From Rubripirellula sp. (lineage in GTDB: Bacteria; Planctomycetota; Planctomycetia; Pirellulales; Pirellulaceae), in NCBI GenBank assembly GCA_965216875.1, contig OZ244207.1, forward strand, positions 5,824,001 through 5,888,000: a stretch of DNA of 64,000 nt. Reading direction: 5' to 3'. The translations under genes and the position numbers were made by a program. Positions within the stretch are counted from its first letter, which is position 1; every line of letters begins with the position of its first letter. This document shows positions 9,790 to 20,223 of this stretch, piece after piece. Under the pieces are notes generated by a model that did no database searches, had not been told where the DNA came from, and saw only the letters and a program-made list of their open reading frames with translations.

Positions 9790-11274
9790 ATGAACCCTAC
9801 TCACCGCTCTGTTACCCTTGGACTGCTGTCGACCGTCATCGCAATCGTTTGCTCGATGAGCGATCTGCGAGCCGAAAACGAGCAGCCACCCAACGTCTTG
9901 TTCATTGCGGTGGACGACCTGTCGTGTGCGCTAGGCTGCTACGGCGATGTGATTGCGAAGACCCCCAACATTGACCGCCTGGCGGCAAGTGGTGTTCGCT
10001 TCCATCGTGCCTATAACCAGTTGCCACTCTGCAATCCAACCCGCGCGTCCATCATGACCGGGCTTCGTCCCGATCGGATACAAGTCTACGACCTTGATCG
10101 CCACTTTCGTGACGAGGTGCCTGACGTGGTCACGCTCTCGCAAGCCTTTCAAAAACAGGACTATTTTGCGGCGCGCGTGGGAAAGATCTATCACTACAAC
10201 GTCCCGGCATCGATCGGCACGGATGGTTTTGATGACCCTCCGTCTTGGAACCAAACCGTCAATCCAATTGGGCGCGACAAATCGGACGAGCATTTGATTT
10301 TCAACGCCGAGCCGCATCGCAAGATCAGCGCTGCACTCAGTTGGCTTGCGGCTGACGGCTCGGATGAAGAACAAACCGACGGCATGATTGCCTCCGAAGC
10401 GATTCGGATCATGCGTGAAAAGAAAGACGAACCGTTCTTTCTAGGCGTCGGCTTCTTTCGTCCTCATACGCCCTACGTCGCGCCAAAGAAGTACTTTGAC
10501 ATGTACCCGGCCGATCAAATGCGACTGCCTTTCGCACCCGATGGTGACCGCGATGACATCCCCACCGCAGCGTTTGCGCACAACTGTCCCATTCCCCACT
10601 ACAACCTCGACGAGCCAACTTTGCTCAAAGCCACTCAAGCCTACTACGCTTGCGTTTCGTTCATTGACGCGCAAGTGGGCCGGTTGCTCGATGCGCTCGA
10701 CCAGATCGGAATCGCCGATCAAACAATCGTCGTCTTCTGGAGTGACCATGGCTACCACCTGGGCGAACACAACGGGATTTGGCAGAAGCGAACGTTGTTC
10801 GAAGAAGGTGCCCGAGCACCTTTGATCATTCGCGCGTCCGGACGCAGCGGTAACGGCACCGCGTGCACTCGCATCGTCGAATTCGTCGATCTATATCCAA
10901 CGCTGACGGAATTGGCGGGAGTCGAAGCACCGAGCGATCTCGACGGTCGCAGTTTGCTACCACTTCTCGACGACCCCCTTACTCAGTGGAACAGTTACGC
11001 AATCACGCAAGTGTTGCGTCCCGCTGACCAGAGGCTAACCCACCAAGTAATGGGGTGCAGCATACGTACACAACGTTACCGTTACACCGAATGGGATCGC
11101 GGCAAGGAAGGGATCGAACTGTACGACCACCATGCTGACCCGAACGAATTCAACAATCTGGCAGTGGATCCAACTGGCGAATCAAAGCGTGTGATCGATT
11201 CGCTACGCCCGATCTTGCGCGCAAAGACACCCGGCATGAAGCAAGCGACGCCTGTCAATCCAGCCCGCCTGTAG
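9790..11274 (+). CDS. Sulfatase (iduronate-2-sulfatase/choline-sulfatase-like)
   Basis: [16 protein letters not shown] motif, [26 protein letters not shown]; start chosen to give a signal peptide. Confidence 0.9.
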   Translation: MNPTHRSVTLGLLSTVIAIVCSMSDLRAENEQPPNVLFIAVDDLSCALGCYGDVIAKTPNIDRLAASGVRFHRAYNQLPLCNPTRASIMTGLRPDRIQVYDLDRHFRDEVPDVVTLSQAFQKQDYFAARVGKIYHYNVPASIGTDGFDDPPSWNQTVNPIGRDKSDEHLIFNAEPHRKISAALSWLAADGSDEEQTDGMIASEAIRIMREKKDEPFFLGVGFFRPHTPYVAPKKYFDMYPADQMRLPFAPDGDRDDIPTAAFAHNCPIPHYNLDEPTLLKATQAYYACVSFIDAQVGRLLDALDQIGIADQTIVVFWSDHGYHLGEHNGIWQKRTLFEEGARAPLIIRASGRSGNGTACTRIVEFVDLYPTLTELAGVEAPSDLDGRSLLPLLDDPLTQWNSYAITQVLRPADQRLTHQVMGCSIRTQRYRYTEWDRGKEGIELYDHHADPNEFNNLAVDPTGESKRVIDSLRPILRAKTPGMKQATPVNPARL

Positions 11275-11525
11275 TGTTAAGAAAGCTTCATCAAGTCTAA
11301 GCACGACGCTGGTGTCGTGAGATTTATTCGCATGCGTCAAAGACATTGGGATCTGTCACACTTTGCGGAACGTCTTCTCAAACCGCGGTAGCCCGCAAAT
11401 CGCTTTACCAACGCATGGGATCGTGCGCAAGCTTGGTGCACAATATTCGCAACGTCACGGAAGACTTGAACGGACGGTGGAAACTCGACCGTAGGCACAC
11501 GGCACCATCTCCGCATGAGGAATAG

Positions 11526-13154
11526 ATGCTCGATTCGCAAACCGAAGAGATTCAACGGCACACGAATCATTCGTTGCAGTTAACACGTTTCGCGGTTGAT
11601 GCTGCCGCAGAGGCGATGTTCACGATTCACCCCGACGGCCGCATTCTTGATGCAAACGCGGCTGCGTGTGAACGTCTCGAGTACACGCACGAAGAGATGA
11701 CTTCGATGACGGTCGCGGATGTCGACCCTCACTACCCATCAGAACTGTGGCCCTCTCACGTCGAAGAGCTTCGAAAGAATCGCGAGATGACTTTCGAAAC
11801 TCAGCATCGCTCCAAAAGCAATCGCATCTACGATGTCGAAGTCTCCGTCGCCTACTTCAAATTCGAAGGCGTTGAATACTTGTGTGCGTTCGTGCGTGAC
11901 ATCACGGCGCGTAAACAGGCCGAACACTTACTGAGGATGCAACACGATGTGCTGGCCAAAGTCGCATCAACAGCTGGCTATTTAAGCGAAACCTTGGACG
12001 AGCTGTGTCGCCTGGTCGAAGAGATCATGCCAGGTGCCTACGCCACCATCATGCTGCTCGACCCAGCCGACGGCCAATTGCGTTTTGAAGCTGGCCCGCG
12101 ACTCAGTGATGAGATGAAGGCCGAGGTCGAACCACTCACGCCTAGTGAAAACTCTGGCTCATGCGCCGCTGCCGTCTTCCTGAAGCGCCCCGTGATTGTC
12201 GAAGACACGCGATCGAGCAAACATTGGAGTGGGCTGAGAGCGTTTGTCGAAAAATACAAGATCCAATCGAGCTGGTCCGTTCCCATCTTGGATGAACGTG
12301 ATCAAACACTCGGCACGTTCGCCTTGACGCATCAATCGACGTTGCAGCAAACTCCTTTCCATCATCAAGTCCTCGAAACCGCGACGCACTTGGCGAGCAT
12401 CGCGATTCGGCGTCAACGCTTTGAGGAACAACTCCAAACGGCGCATGACGAACTGGCACACATTGGCCGGTTGCACACGATCGGCGAGTTGGCGTCGAGT
12501 TTGGCCCACGAGCTCAACCAACCTCTTTCCGCGATCGTCAATCGCGCCTATGCCCTCGAACAACTCTCCGGTGGCGATGGCGAAATCAAGTCCGTCGAGC
12601 GTGATCACATCACCGAGATCGCCTCGCAATCGCTGCGCGCCGCCGACATCGTTCGAAGCGTTCGTGGGCTGGCCCAAAAACACGCGCCGGTCCGCGAATC
12701 GGTCTGTCTCAATGACGTCGTTGCCCATTCGCTCGAATTGCTTGAACCTGAGCTTCGCAATCGTAGCACGGTGCTTCAACAAAACCTCCAACACGATTTG
12801 CCCGCCGTCTCCCTCGACAGCGTGCAGATTCAACAGATCATGGTCAACTTGGTGCGCAACGCCATCGAGGCCATGCAATCTTGCCAACGCGACAACCGCG
12901 TGCTGACCATCGAAACCGCAAGAGTGTCGGACGACGAAGTTTGCCTGCGAGTGATTGATAGCGGGTCTGGCATTGACCCCAAACTTTCGGAACGCATCTT
13001 CGAACCGTTCCAAACCACCAAGCCCCAAGGGATGGGAATGGGGCTTGCCATCTGTCGGTCAATCGCCGAATCACACCTCGGACGCCTCGTCGCGTGCTGC
13101 GATAACCAGAGGACTTGTTTTTGCCTGACGCTTCCCATCAATGTTGAAACGTAG
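11526..13154 (+). CDS. PAS/GAF sensor histidine kinase (FixL-like)
   Basis: PAS (ILDANAAAC..RDITARK), GAF (GSCAAAV), H-box LAHELNQPL, N-box NLVRNAIEA, DSGSG, TTKPQGMGMGL. Confidence 0.9.
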   Translation: MLDSQTEEIQRHTNHSLQLTRFAVDAAAEAMFTIHPDGRILDANAAACERLEYTHEEMTSMTVADVDPHYPSELWPSHVEELRKNREMTFETQHRSKSNRIYDVEVSVAYFKFEGVEYLCAFVRDITARKQAEHLLRMQHDVLAKVASTAGYLSETLDELCRLVEEIMPGAYATIMLLDPADGQLRFEAGPRLSDEMKAEVEPLTPSENSGSCAAAVFLKRPVIVEDTRSSKHWSGLRAFVEKYKIQSSWSVPILDERDQTLGTFALTHQSTLQQTPFHHQVLETATHLASIAIRRQRFEEQLQTAHDELAHIGRLHTIGELASSLAHELNQPLSAIVNRAYALEQLSGGDGEIKSVERDHITEIASQSLRAADIVRSVRGLAQKHAPVRESVCLNDVVAHSLELLEPELRNRSTVLQQNLQHDLPAVSLDSVQIQQIMVNLVRNAIEAMQSCQRDNRVLTIETARVSDDEVCLRVIDSGSGIDPKLSERIFEPFQTTKPQGMGMGLAICRSIAESHLGRLVACCDNQRTCFCLTLPINVET

Positions 13155-13156
13155 GC

Positions 13157-13531
13157 ATGACGAAACTAAGCCAAGATGCACTTGTCTGTGTCATCGACGA
13201 TGACAAAGCGGTTCGAGATTCCTTGCTCGTGGTCGTTGGCACCCTCGGCTGCCAAGTCCAAGGGTTCGAAAGCGCCGAAGCCTTCCTCGATAGCGGAGCG
13301 ATTAATTCCGCCGGCTTTCTGATCGTCGACGTTCGCCTTCCTGGCATGAGCGGCCTGGAACTACTCGAAAAGCTGGTGGCGGACCAAAAGACGCCACCTT
13401 GTGCCATCAACACGGGACACGCCGACTCGCTCGATATCTCTTTGGACGCTTGGCCAAACGCCATCTGTGTGATGGCCAAACCCTGCATGCCCGATCAGCT
13501 GCTGCAGGTGATTCGAAACGCATTCGTTTAG
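13157..13531 (+). CDS. Single-domain response regulator (FixJ-like receiver)
   Basis: VIDDD, IVDVRLPGMSGLELL, TGH, AKP; 2 bp after the kinase; no output domain. Confidence 0.85.
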   Translation: MTKLSQDALVCVIDDDKAVRDSLLVVVGTLGCQVQGFESAEAFLDSGAINSAGFLIVDVRLPGMSGLELLEKLVADQKTPPCAINTGHADSLDISLDAWPNAICVMAKPCMPDQLLQVIRNAFV

Positions 13532-13554
13532 TAGATCGACGCCGTTTCGCACAC

Positions 13555-15834
13555 TCACGCAGCGCGGCGGTTTTCCAAGTTGTCGATTCGTGCCTGGTGT
13601 TGGTGAATCTGGTCGACCGCTTGTCGCTGCTCGATCAAACGCATCGCTTCGACCGCCTCCAATTGCCGTGTCAAACGCTCGACTTGTTCTTCCGTGGCAA
13701 TCTCAAGCCAAGCTTCCTTGGCGCTTTGATCGCGACCACCAACCTGTTTTCGCAGCGCCGATTGAGCCTTCCGTCGTGCGACCGCTTCCTTGCGAAGTCG
13801 ATCGCGGAGTGTGGCAACATCACGAACCGTATTGAGATGCACGATCTTCGACTGCACAGAATCGTCGACCGACAACAGCGTTTCGACCTCGTTGGACAAC
13901 TCCGTCACCCGCAACCGCAGGTGCTTGACTTGTCCCCTCAGCGTGTCGCGTTCTGTCTGTGCGGCGTCCAATTGCACGTCCGCTGATGCACGACGATCAA
14001 TTTCATCGTGCAACCGTTCGTGAAGCGTGGTGCGCAGCGTCTTGTGCATTTGCAACAACTGCTCGCTGCGGCGGTGCGCCTCGTCAGATGACGCCTCGCA
14101 TCGCCTCGCGATCACACTGGCACGTTCCAATTCAGATCGTAGCTGCTCACATCGCTGCTCTCGTTCATCATTCAGCAACTGAAGCTGTCGCAATTCCGTT
14201 TCGTGGGCCTTCGTCTGTTGCTTGAGGTCCGACCGTAGCTGCTGGGCCTCGCGACGAGTGCGTGCAAGTTGCCCCGTTGTCGCGTCTTGTGACTTGACCA
14301 AGTCGGCAAAACGTCGCTGAACCACTTCCGCGGCATCGCTAGCCTCTTGCGTCTCGCGGCGATGTTCGTCCTCACGCTGTGTTGCTTCGTCATTTGCGGA
14401 TTGCAACTCGTCGCGCAACTGACGAATCATTTCGTCGCGTTTCTCGAGACTCGCTTGCTGTTTGGCACTGTTCGCCTCTTCCGCTTTTTGGCGAACCACA
14501 AACTGTCCTTTGTTCGCAATGTGTTTGTGCAGCAGATCGGCAATTTGATCTGTCTGCGAGTCACACTTCTTTTGCAACAATCCGAGCTGCTGACTCAGCG
14601 CGTCCTTCTCTTGTCGCACGTGCTCCGCTTCGCAATGGGTTTCGTGCTGAAGACGCTGAGCCTCTTCTCGAAGCCGACTCGCCTCTTCCGATCGGCTCGC
14701 TTCCATCGCTGCGACCCGTTCTTCGCCGCGGCGCGCGAGTTCTTCGCAATCAAGGCGATGACTCTCCGCCTGGGAATTCAGTTTTGACTCGAGCATTTCG
14801 ATCGTTGCCTGACGCTGAATCAACTGACGCTGCGCATCGTCGGCGTTGCAGCGGGTCGAGTCCGCTTCTGCCAGCGCCACCGCCAACTGTTCCTTCAAAC
14901 CCTCGCTTGCCGCCCGCTCATCTTCAATCTGCAACTGGTGATCGCGAACGACCTCGTAGATTTGAGCCTTTGCCTCTTCGGCCGCTTGGGCGAGTGCTTG
15001 CTCATGTTGTAACGCTTGCTCGCGTTCCCGTTCATATGCTTCACGAAGGTCGTCTTGTTCGGCTAGGCGCTGCTCGAGTAGTTTCCCGGCCGACGTCAAG
15101 CGTCTGACCTGTTCTTGATGATCGGCGAGCATCGACTCCACATCCTGGGCGTGCACATCAGCGATCGCGCCGAGTTCGCGATCCGCTGCGTCCAAGTCGC
15201 TTTGTCGTTGCTCAGCTTGCTTGCGGCTCGCATGCAGCGATTGAACCAACGTCGCTACTTGCGACTTGTACTTGCGATCGAGCTCGTCCACGATCGCTTG
15301 ATGCTCTTCATCGCGCTGTCGCTGTGTTTCAACGTGTTCCGATTCGATTTGTCCAATCTGCGATTGCAGTCGGCGGATCATCAAGTCACGATCCTGCTGA
15401 CCGCCGATCGCCTTTTCAAGTTGCTCGATCAGAACACGGACTTCGACCGAGTGATCCTGTTCGGCGATCTGCTTCTCTTCCTCAAGCTGATCATAGGCCT
15501 CGAGAGTCAGTGCCAACTCATGATCTTTTCTCTCGAGTAGCGTCTCGGCCCGTGTCAGGGACTCTTCGATCGACGCAGTCACAGCGATCAAGTCGGCTAG
15601 CTCCAACGAATGCTCGATCGTCGATGAAACAATCGCGTGTTGGTGCTTCTCCTTCATCCGCTCGATCAAAGGCGGTACCCGCAGCATCTGCTCCCGACGC
15701 TGCTCTGCCAAAGATTCCTGCAACGCGACCTTGCGATGCAAATGCACAATCTCTCGCTGTGCTGATCCGGTCGTCCCAGTCAAACCACCATCGGCACCAG
15801 ATGCCGCTTCGCGTTCGCCGTTAAGCCACCACAT
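13555..15834 (-). CDS. Long coiled-coil protein (hypothetical)
   Basis: 759 aa rich in E/Q/R/A/L, almost no Pro, no Walker motifs. Confidence 0.7.
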   Translation of the reverse strand: MWWLNGEREAASGADGGLTGTTGSAQREIVHLHRKVALQESLAEQRREQMLRVPPLIERMKEKHQHAIVSSTIEHSLELADLIAVTASIEESLTRAETLLERKDHELALTLEAYDQLEEEKQIAEQDHSVEVRVLIEQLEKAIGGQQDRDLMIRRLQSQIGQIESEHVETQRQRDEEHQAIVDELDRKYKSQVATLVQSLHASRKQAEQRQSDLDAADRELGAIADVHAQDVESMLADHQEQVRRLTSAGKLLEQRLAEQDDLREAYEREREQALQHEQALAQAAEEAKAQIYEVVRDHQLQIEDERAASEGLKEQLAVALAEADSTRCNADDAQRQLIQRQATIEMLESKLNSQAESHRLDCEELARRGEERVAAMEASRSEEASRLREEAQRLQHETHCEAEHVRQEKDALSQQLGLLQKKCDSQTDQIADLLHKHIANKGQFVVRQKAEEANSAKQQASLEKRDEMIRQLRDELQSANDEATQREDEHRRETQEASDAAEVVQRRFADLVKSQDATTGQLARTRREAQQLRSDLKQQTKAHETELRQLQLLNDEREQRCEQLRSELERASVIARRCEASSDEAHRRSEQLLQMHKTLRTTLHERLHDEIDRRASADVQLDAAQTERDTLRGQVKHLRLRVTELSNEVETLLSVDDSVQSKIVHLNTVRDVATLRDRLRKEAVARRKAQSALRKQVGGRDQSAKEAWLEIATEEQVERLTRQLEAVEAMRLIEQRQAVDQIHQHQARIDNLENRRAA

Positions 15835-16027
15835 TTCTTCTTTCCCAATCGACCGTCGTGTGCGCAGTTCGCTCTAGTCTCGATCGGCCCCTCAAATCAT
15901 GAGCCTTGAGAAGAAGTGGGCGCTGTGAACAGCTTGACGTCACTTGCACGACGATCTGGCTACAATTGGCAATACTCAGCTTCGCGTGCTTATCCAAACC
16001 CCTCACTTTTGCCCCGGTTTTGTATTC

Positions 16028-16105
16028 GCCGAGCTTCAACATGGTCGCCTTTCGCTCCGCGAAAGCAGCGTTCGCAAACGCAGCTTTTGAGAAACAAAAG
16101 GCGAC
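16028..16105. repeat. REP-like palindrome (GTCGCCTTTCGCTCCGCGAAAG family)
   Basis: Homologous to 7606-7683. Confidence 0.8.
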
Positions 16106-16166
16106 TATCTCCGTGGCTTGACCGCTGGAATGACCCTCCCTTGGTTCGCTAGCAATTGATGGCAAC

Positions 16167-16838
16167 ATGCTTGACCACCCCATCTATCATGCGATCCTCG
16201 ACGATCCGGACAACGACCAACTGAGGCTCGTCCTTGCCGACTGGCTCGACGAACAAGGTGACCCGCGCGGCGAGTTCATTCGTGTCCAGGTTTCGATCTC
16301 GGACGCCCAGGCAAAGAACGAACCTGTCGACCAGGACCTTAGGCATCGCGCCGACAAACTCTTTGCGGACCACCGTGATCGATGGCGGCGACAGCTTGAG
16401 CAAGAGTTCAAGTCCCAATGCAAGGCAGCCGCGCTGACCAGCAAGAACGTCCTGCGACATGTTCTCTATTACCGCGGCTTCGCCAGTTGGATCGGAACGG
16501 ACATTCAAACCTGGAATCAATACGGACGTGTGCTCATCAAGTCATCACCGTGGCAATACCTTCGACTCTCAGGCTACCCGGTTGATCAAAACCGCGACAT
16601 CGAAGCCGATGCGATGACACACATTCGAACATTGACGGTGAATTCATCCGAGCAATACGCGCCTTCCTGGGAAACGTTTCTTCGTTCTCCAAACCTTTCG
16701 AAGCTTGAACGACTGGTCATTCAAACGGCAACGGACGTCTCATTCGGACACCTTGTTCGTTCGCTACGCAGTGAAGGGGCACTGAGCGGCCTGACTCATT
16801 TCAGCATTAACAGCAAGAGCATCGATCTCAATTCGTAG
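16167..16838 (+). CDS. TIGR02996 domain protein
   Basis: AILDDPDNDQLRLVLADWLDEQGDPRGEFIRVQ, YRGF, and a degenerate LRR-like tail. Confidence 0.9.
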   Translation: MLDHPIYHAILDDPDNDQLRLVLADWLDEQGDPRGEFIRVQVSISDAQAKNEPVDQDLRHRADKLFADHRDRWRRQLEQEFKSQCKAAALTSKNVLRHVLYYRGFASWIGTDIQTWNQYGRVLIKSSPWQYLRLSGYPVDQNRDIEADAMTHIRTLTVNSSEQYAPSWETFLRSPNLSKLERLVIQTATDVSFGHLVRSLRSEGALSGLTHFSINSKSIDLNS

Positions 16839-16850
16839 GACAGAGTAAAC

Positions 16851-18248
16851 ATGCCCAATCAACCACCGACGAAACTGCTCGCGATCGTTTTCGCTTTCGC
16901 AGTGCTTCACACATCAACCACAGTGATCGCTGCTCCGCCGAGCCGACCCAACATCGTCGTGATCATGGCAGACGATCTCGGTTGGATGGACTTGCACTGC
17001 CAAGGAAACGACGCACTCGACACGCCCCGCCTTGACCACCTGGCAAGCGAAGGGATGCGTTTCACCAGCGCCTACGCCGCCTCACCTGTTTGCACGCCGA
17101 CACGTGCCGCAATGATGACCGGTATGTCACCGGCGCGGCTAGCGATCACCAATCATGCTCCTGGCAATCCGGACCATGTTTCGCCCAAGACGAAACTCAA
17201 AGGAGCGGATTGGACGACGTACCTTTCGCTGGACCACACGACGATCGCGGAACGACTCGGTAGTGCCGGTTACGCGACCGGTTTCATCGGCAAATGGCAC
17301 CTTTCCCATCGACCCGGCAAAGACGACGACGGCCCTTTTGAACCTCGATTGCGACCCGAACACCAAGGCTTTGATTTGAACATTGGCGGCTGCCGGTTTG
17401 GAGGACCGCCGAGCTACTTCGAACCCTACAAGATCCCCAACATCACACCGCGCAAAGAAGGCGACTACCTTCCCGAACGACTTGCCGATGAATCGATCGC
17501 GTTCATCAACAACAACGCTACAGCGAACCAACCTTTCTACCTGTGCTTTTGGAACTACTCCGTCCACTACCCGATTCAGGCTCCTGAGCACTTGATCGAA
17601 AAATACAAAGCGCGCGGTGGCGTACCGAATCCTGCCTATGCGGCGATGATCGAAGGGATGGACACGGCGATCGGACGAGTCATTGATGCCATTGATGATG
17701 CCGGAATCGCCAACGACACCTTGATTTTGTTCACGTCCGACAACGGATCGCTCTTTGGCAACCAACCGCTGCGCCGCAACAAAGGGCATCTCTACGAAGG
17801 CGGCATTCGCGTACCCTGGATCGCAAGATGGCCGGGCAAGATTCCTGCCGGCACCACCTGCGACACGCCCGTCATCATCACCGACACGTTCCCAACGATT
17901 CTCGAAGCCGCCGGAATCTCCTTTCCCGCCGGTCGCAAGTGCGACGGCGAAAGCATCCTACCGCTCCTACGCCAATCCGGTGCACTCAAACGCAACGCGA
18001 TCTATTTCCACTACCCCAATTATGCGTTCCACAAACAGAACCGCCTCGGCAGCGCCATCCGCCAAGGCAAGTACAAATTGATCCGCTGGTACGATGACGA
18101 TTCCATCGAACTCTACGACCTGGCAAAGGACATTGGCGAGACGCAGAACCTCGCCAGCGAGCAACCCGAACTGGCCCAAAAACTGAGGACTAAGCTCGAA
18201 ACCTGGTTAGACGAATCGGCCGCCAAAGCGCCCACGCGAGTCCAATAG
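16851..18248 (+). CDS. Sulfatase (Cys-type)
   Basis: Signal peptide; PNIVVIMADDLG, CTPTR, GKWHL, SDNG, KGHLYEGGIRVP. Confidence 0.92.
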   Translation: MPNQPPTKLLAIVFAFAVLHTSTTVIAAPPSRPNIVVIMADDLGWMDLHCQGNDALDTPRLDHLASEGMRFTSAYAASPVCTPTRAAMMTGMSPARLAITNHAPGNPDHVSPKTKLKGADWTTYLSLDHTTIAERLGSAGYATGFIGKWHLSHRPGKDDDGPFEPRLRPEHQGFDLNIGGCRFGGPPSYFEPYKIPNITPRKEGDYLPERLADESIAFINNNATANQPFYLCFWNYSVHYPIQAPEHLIEKYKARGGVPNPAYAAMIEGMDTAIGRVIDAIDDAGIANDTLILFTSDNGSLFGNQPLRRNKGHLYEGGIRVPWIARWPGKIPAGTTCDTPVIITDTFPTILEAAGISFPAGRKCDGESILPLLRQSGALKRNAIYFHYPNYAFHKQNRLGSAIRQGKYKLIRWYDDDSIELYDLAKDIGETQNLASEQPELAQKLRTKLETWLDESAAKAPTRVQ

Positions 18249-18343
18249 CGCGGCCCGAATCCAATAGCGAGGCCCGAGTCATTCGTGCAATTCGTTCCAT
18301 TCGTGGTTGCCGCCTTTTCTCATTTCCCAGGCCGTCACAACCA

Positions 18344-18955
18344 CTATTTCGCAAGCGTCGCCGTACACTCTTTGGCGACTTCGATATTCAGCGAATCGAG
18401 GACGAGCAGACCGCTGCCGGCGTCTTCGACGTCAGTGTCGCGGTCGACCGAAAGCAAGAATGTGATTTGAGCAACCGGGTTGGCCGCCCGTGTTTGCAAA
18501 GTGAAGGTCACACGATCCTCAAAGTCGTCGCCTACCGCATCGGCTGCCGAATCCTCTTCCGCCGAAACATCCTTTTTCGACAGATCCACTGACTGCGTAA
18601 CGCTGCCAACGCAAGCGACCAAGCGAGCGTTCGCGCTGGGATCCACGTCATGGTAGCCGCGTACATCCATCACCATCGTCACGCTTCTGGCTTCGGTAGC
18701 ATACGGCACGCGCAAAGTGAATGTCCTGGTTTGAACGTCCGTTTGGCCAGTCACCCCACTTGCTGATGCTGGCACTCCATTCACTTCAACGACCGCGTTG
18801 TCAAAATGCACGGTCGCAACCTGCTGGTCGTCCGAGACGTTGATTGAATAGCCAATGTTCGAAGCGATCCGAATCGACTTTTGCAGTTTGGTGTCGTCCG
18901 CCTGAAGCGTTGTTGCCATTGCAAACATACCAACAACGAAGAGTGACCTAAGCAT
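18344..18955 (-). CDS. Secreted hypothetical protein
   Basis: Signal peptide ending LQA-DD; beta-rich, acidic 203 aa; RBS-like AGGGGA upstream. Confidence 0.7.
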   Translation of the reverse strand: MLRSLFVVGMFAMATTLQADDTKLQKSIRIASNIGYSINVSDDQQVATVHFDNAVVEVNGVPASASGVTGQTDVQTRTFTLRVPYATEARSVTMVMDVRGYHDVDPSANARLVACVGSVTQSVDLSKKDVSAEEDSAADAVGDDFEDRVTFTLQTRAANPVAQITFLLSVDRDTDVEDAGSGLLVLDSLNIEVAKECTATLAK

Positions 18956-19155
18956 CGTGTTCCCCTGTAAAAGAATCTGCCGTTAACAAGATGCGGAACA
19001 AGTCCGCCAGTCTCCAGCATCGATTCCACAGAGGCGTCCAACCAGAGCGATACAAACCAACACCAAAACACCGATGAGCAAACGTCCAGGCTTCAAAAGA
19101 CAAGGGAAGAAAATGGCAAAAAAATGGAGGGCAAAAAGATCGGAAGCGAATCAAT

Positions 19156-19889
19156 TTTTTGCCCACCATTTTTCTGTCACCTTTCTTCAGCCCCAGGCGA
19201 TTCTCACGAGCTGAACCTTTTCGTGCCTTCTCGTGTTTTTCGTGGCCAACCAACGATCCAGAAACCTCGGAAACCGACAGCTCAGCGGGAGCCTCGCCCT
19301 CCCAATAATGACCGAAGAACAAAGCCACAGAGAACGCAGAGTTCACAGAGAGTGTTTGCAACGAACGCTCAAGATATCGCCCATCTTTTTGCCCCCATTT
19401 TTCTGCCAACTCTCTTACCTGCCCCGGGCAATTTTCACGAGTTGAAGCTTTTCGTGCCTTCTCGTGTTTTTCGTGGCCAACCAACGATCCAGAAACCTCG
19501 GAAACCGACAGCTCAGCGGGAGCCTCGCCCTCCCAATAATGTCCGAAGAACAAAGCCACAGAGAACGCAGAGTTCACGGAGAGTGTTTGCAACGAACTCT
19601 CAAGACACCGCCCATCTTTTTGCCCCCATTTTTCTGCCAACTCTCTTACCTGCCCCGGGCAATTTTCACGAGTTGAAGCTTTTCGTGCCTTCTCGTGTTT
19701 TTCTTGGCCAATCAACGATTCAGAAACCACGGAAACCGACAGCTCAGCGGGAGCCTCGCCCTCCCATCGATCGCGTCAACAGCAGAAGAACAAAGCCACA
19801 GAGAACGCAGAGTTCACAGAGAGTGTTTGCAACGAACGCTCAAGATATCGCCCATCTTTTTGCCCACCATTTTTCTGTCAACTCTTTCC
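19156..19889. repeat. Tandem array of about 3 copies of a 231-bp composite repeat
   Basis: Period 231 bp (spurious ORFs start at 19233, 19464, 19695); modules TTTCGTGCCTTCTCGTGTTTTTCGTGGCC, CAGCTCAGCGGGAGCCTCGCCCTCCC, GCCACAGAGAACGCAGAGTTCACAGAG, TTTTTGCCCCCATTTTTCTGCC. Confidence 0.92.
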
Positions 19890-20223
19890 TCTCGTGCCTT
19901 TGCTTGCCTTCGTGGCATCTGCTTGCCCGCACGATCGCATGCATTCGGTAATTGCTCGACGAACCACCGCCAGCGCTGCTTCCCCTCCCATATTTTTCTA
20001 TCAGGAATCGGACCCGTTGAAGAGCAACCCCCAATCTTAAACCAATTGCAAATTGCAAACCTCCAAAAGACTCACTCATGCGCAGAGCACGGAACTTCAT
20101 ACGCATCAGGGATGCACTACTAATAAGTTGCATGGCAATCCAATGTTGATTTATCATTAATGATTCTTGTCCTTGAGTCAGATCTTTTAGACTCGATTTC
20201 CGACCAACAGTGGGGTACACACA

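Noticed and set aside
19156..19889. CRISPR array, or protein-coding repeats (ORFs 18948-19730 and 19124-19951)
   Set aside because: Units are near-identical with no unique spacers. The ORFs are open on both strands because the 231-bp period is a multiple of 3, and they translate palindromic repeat modules.
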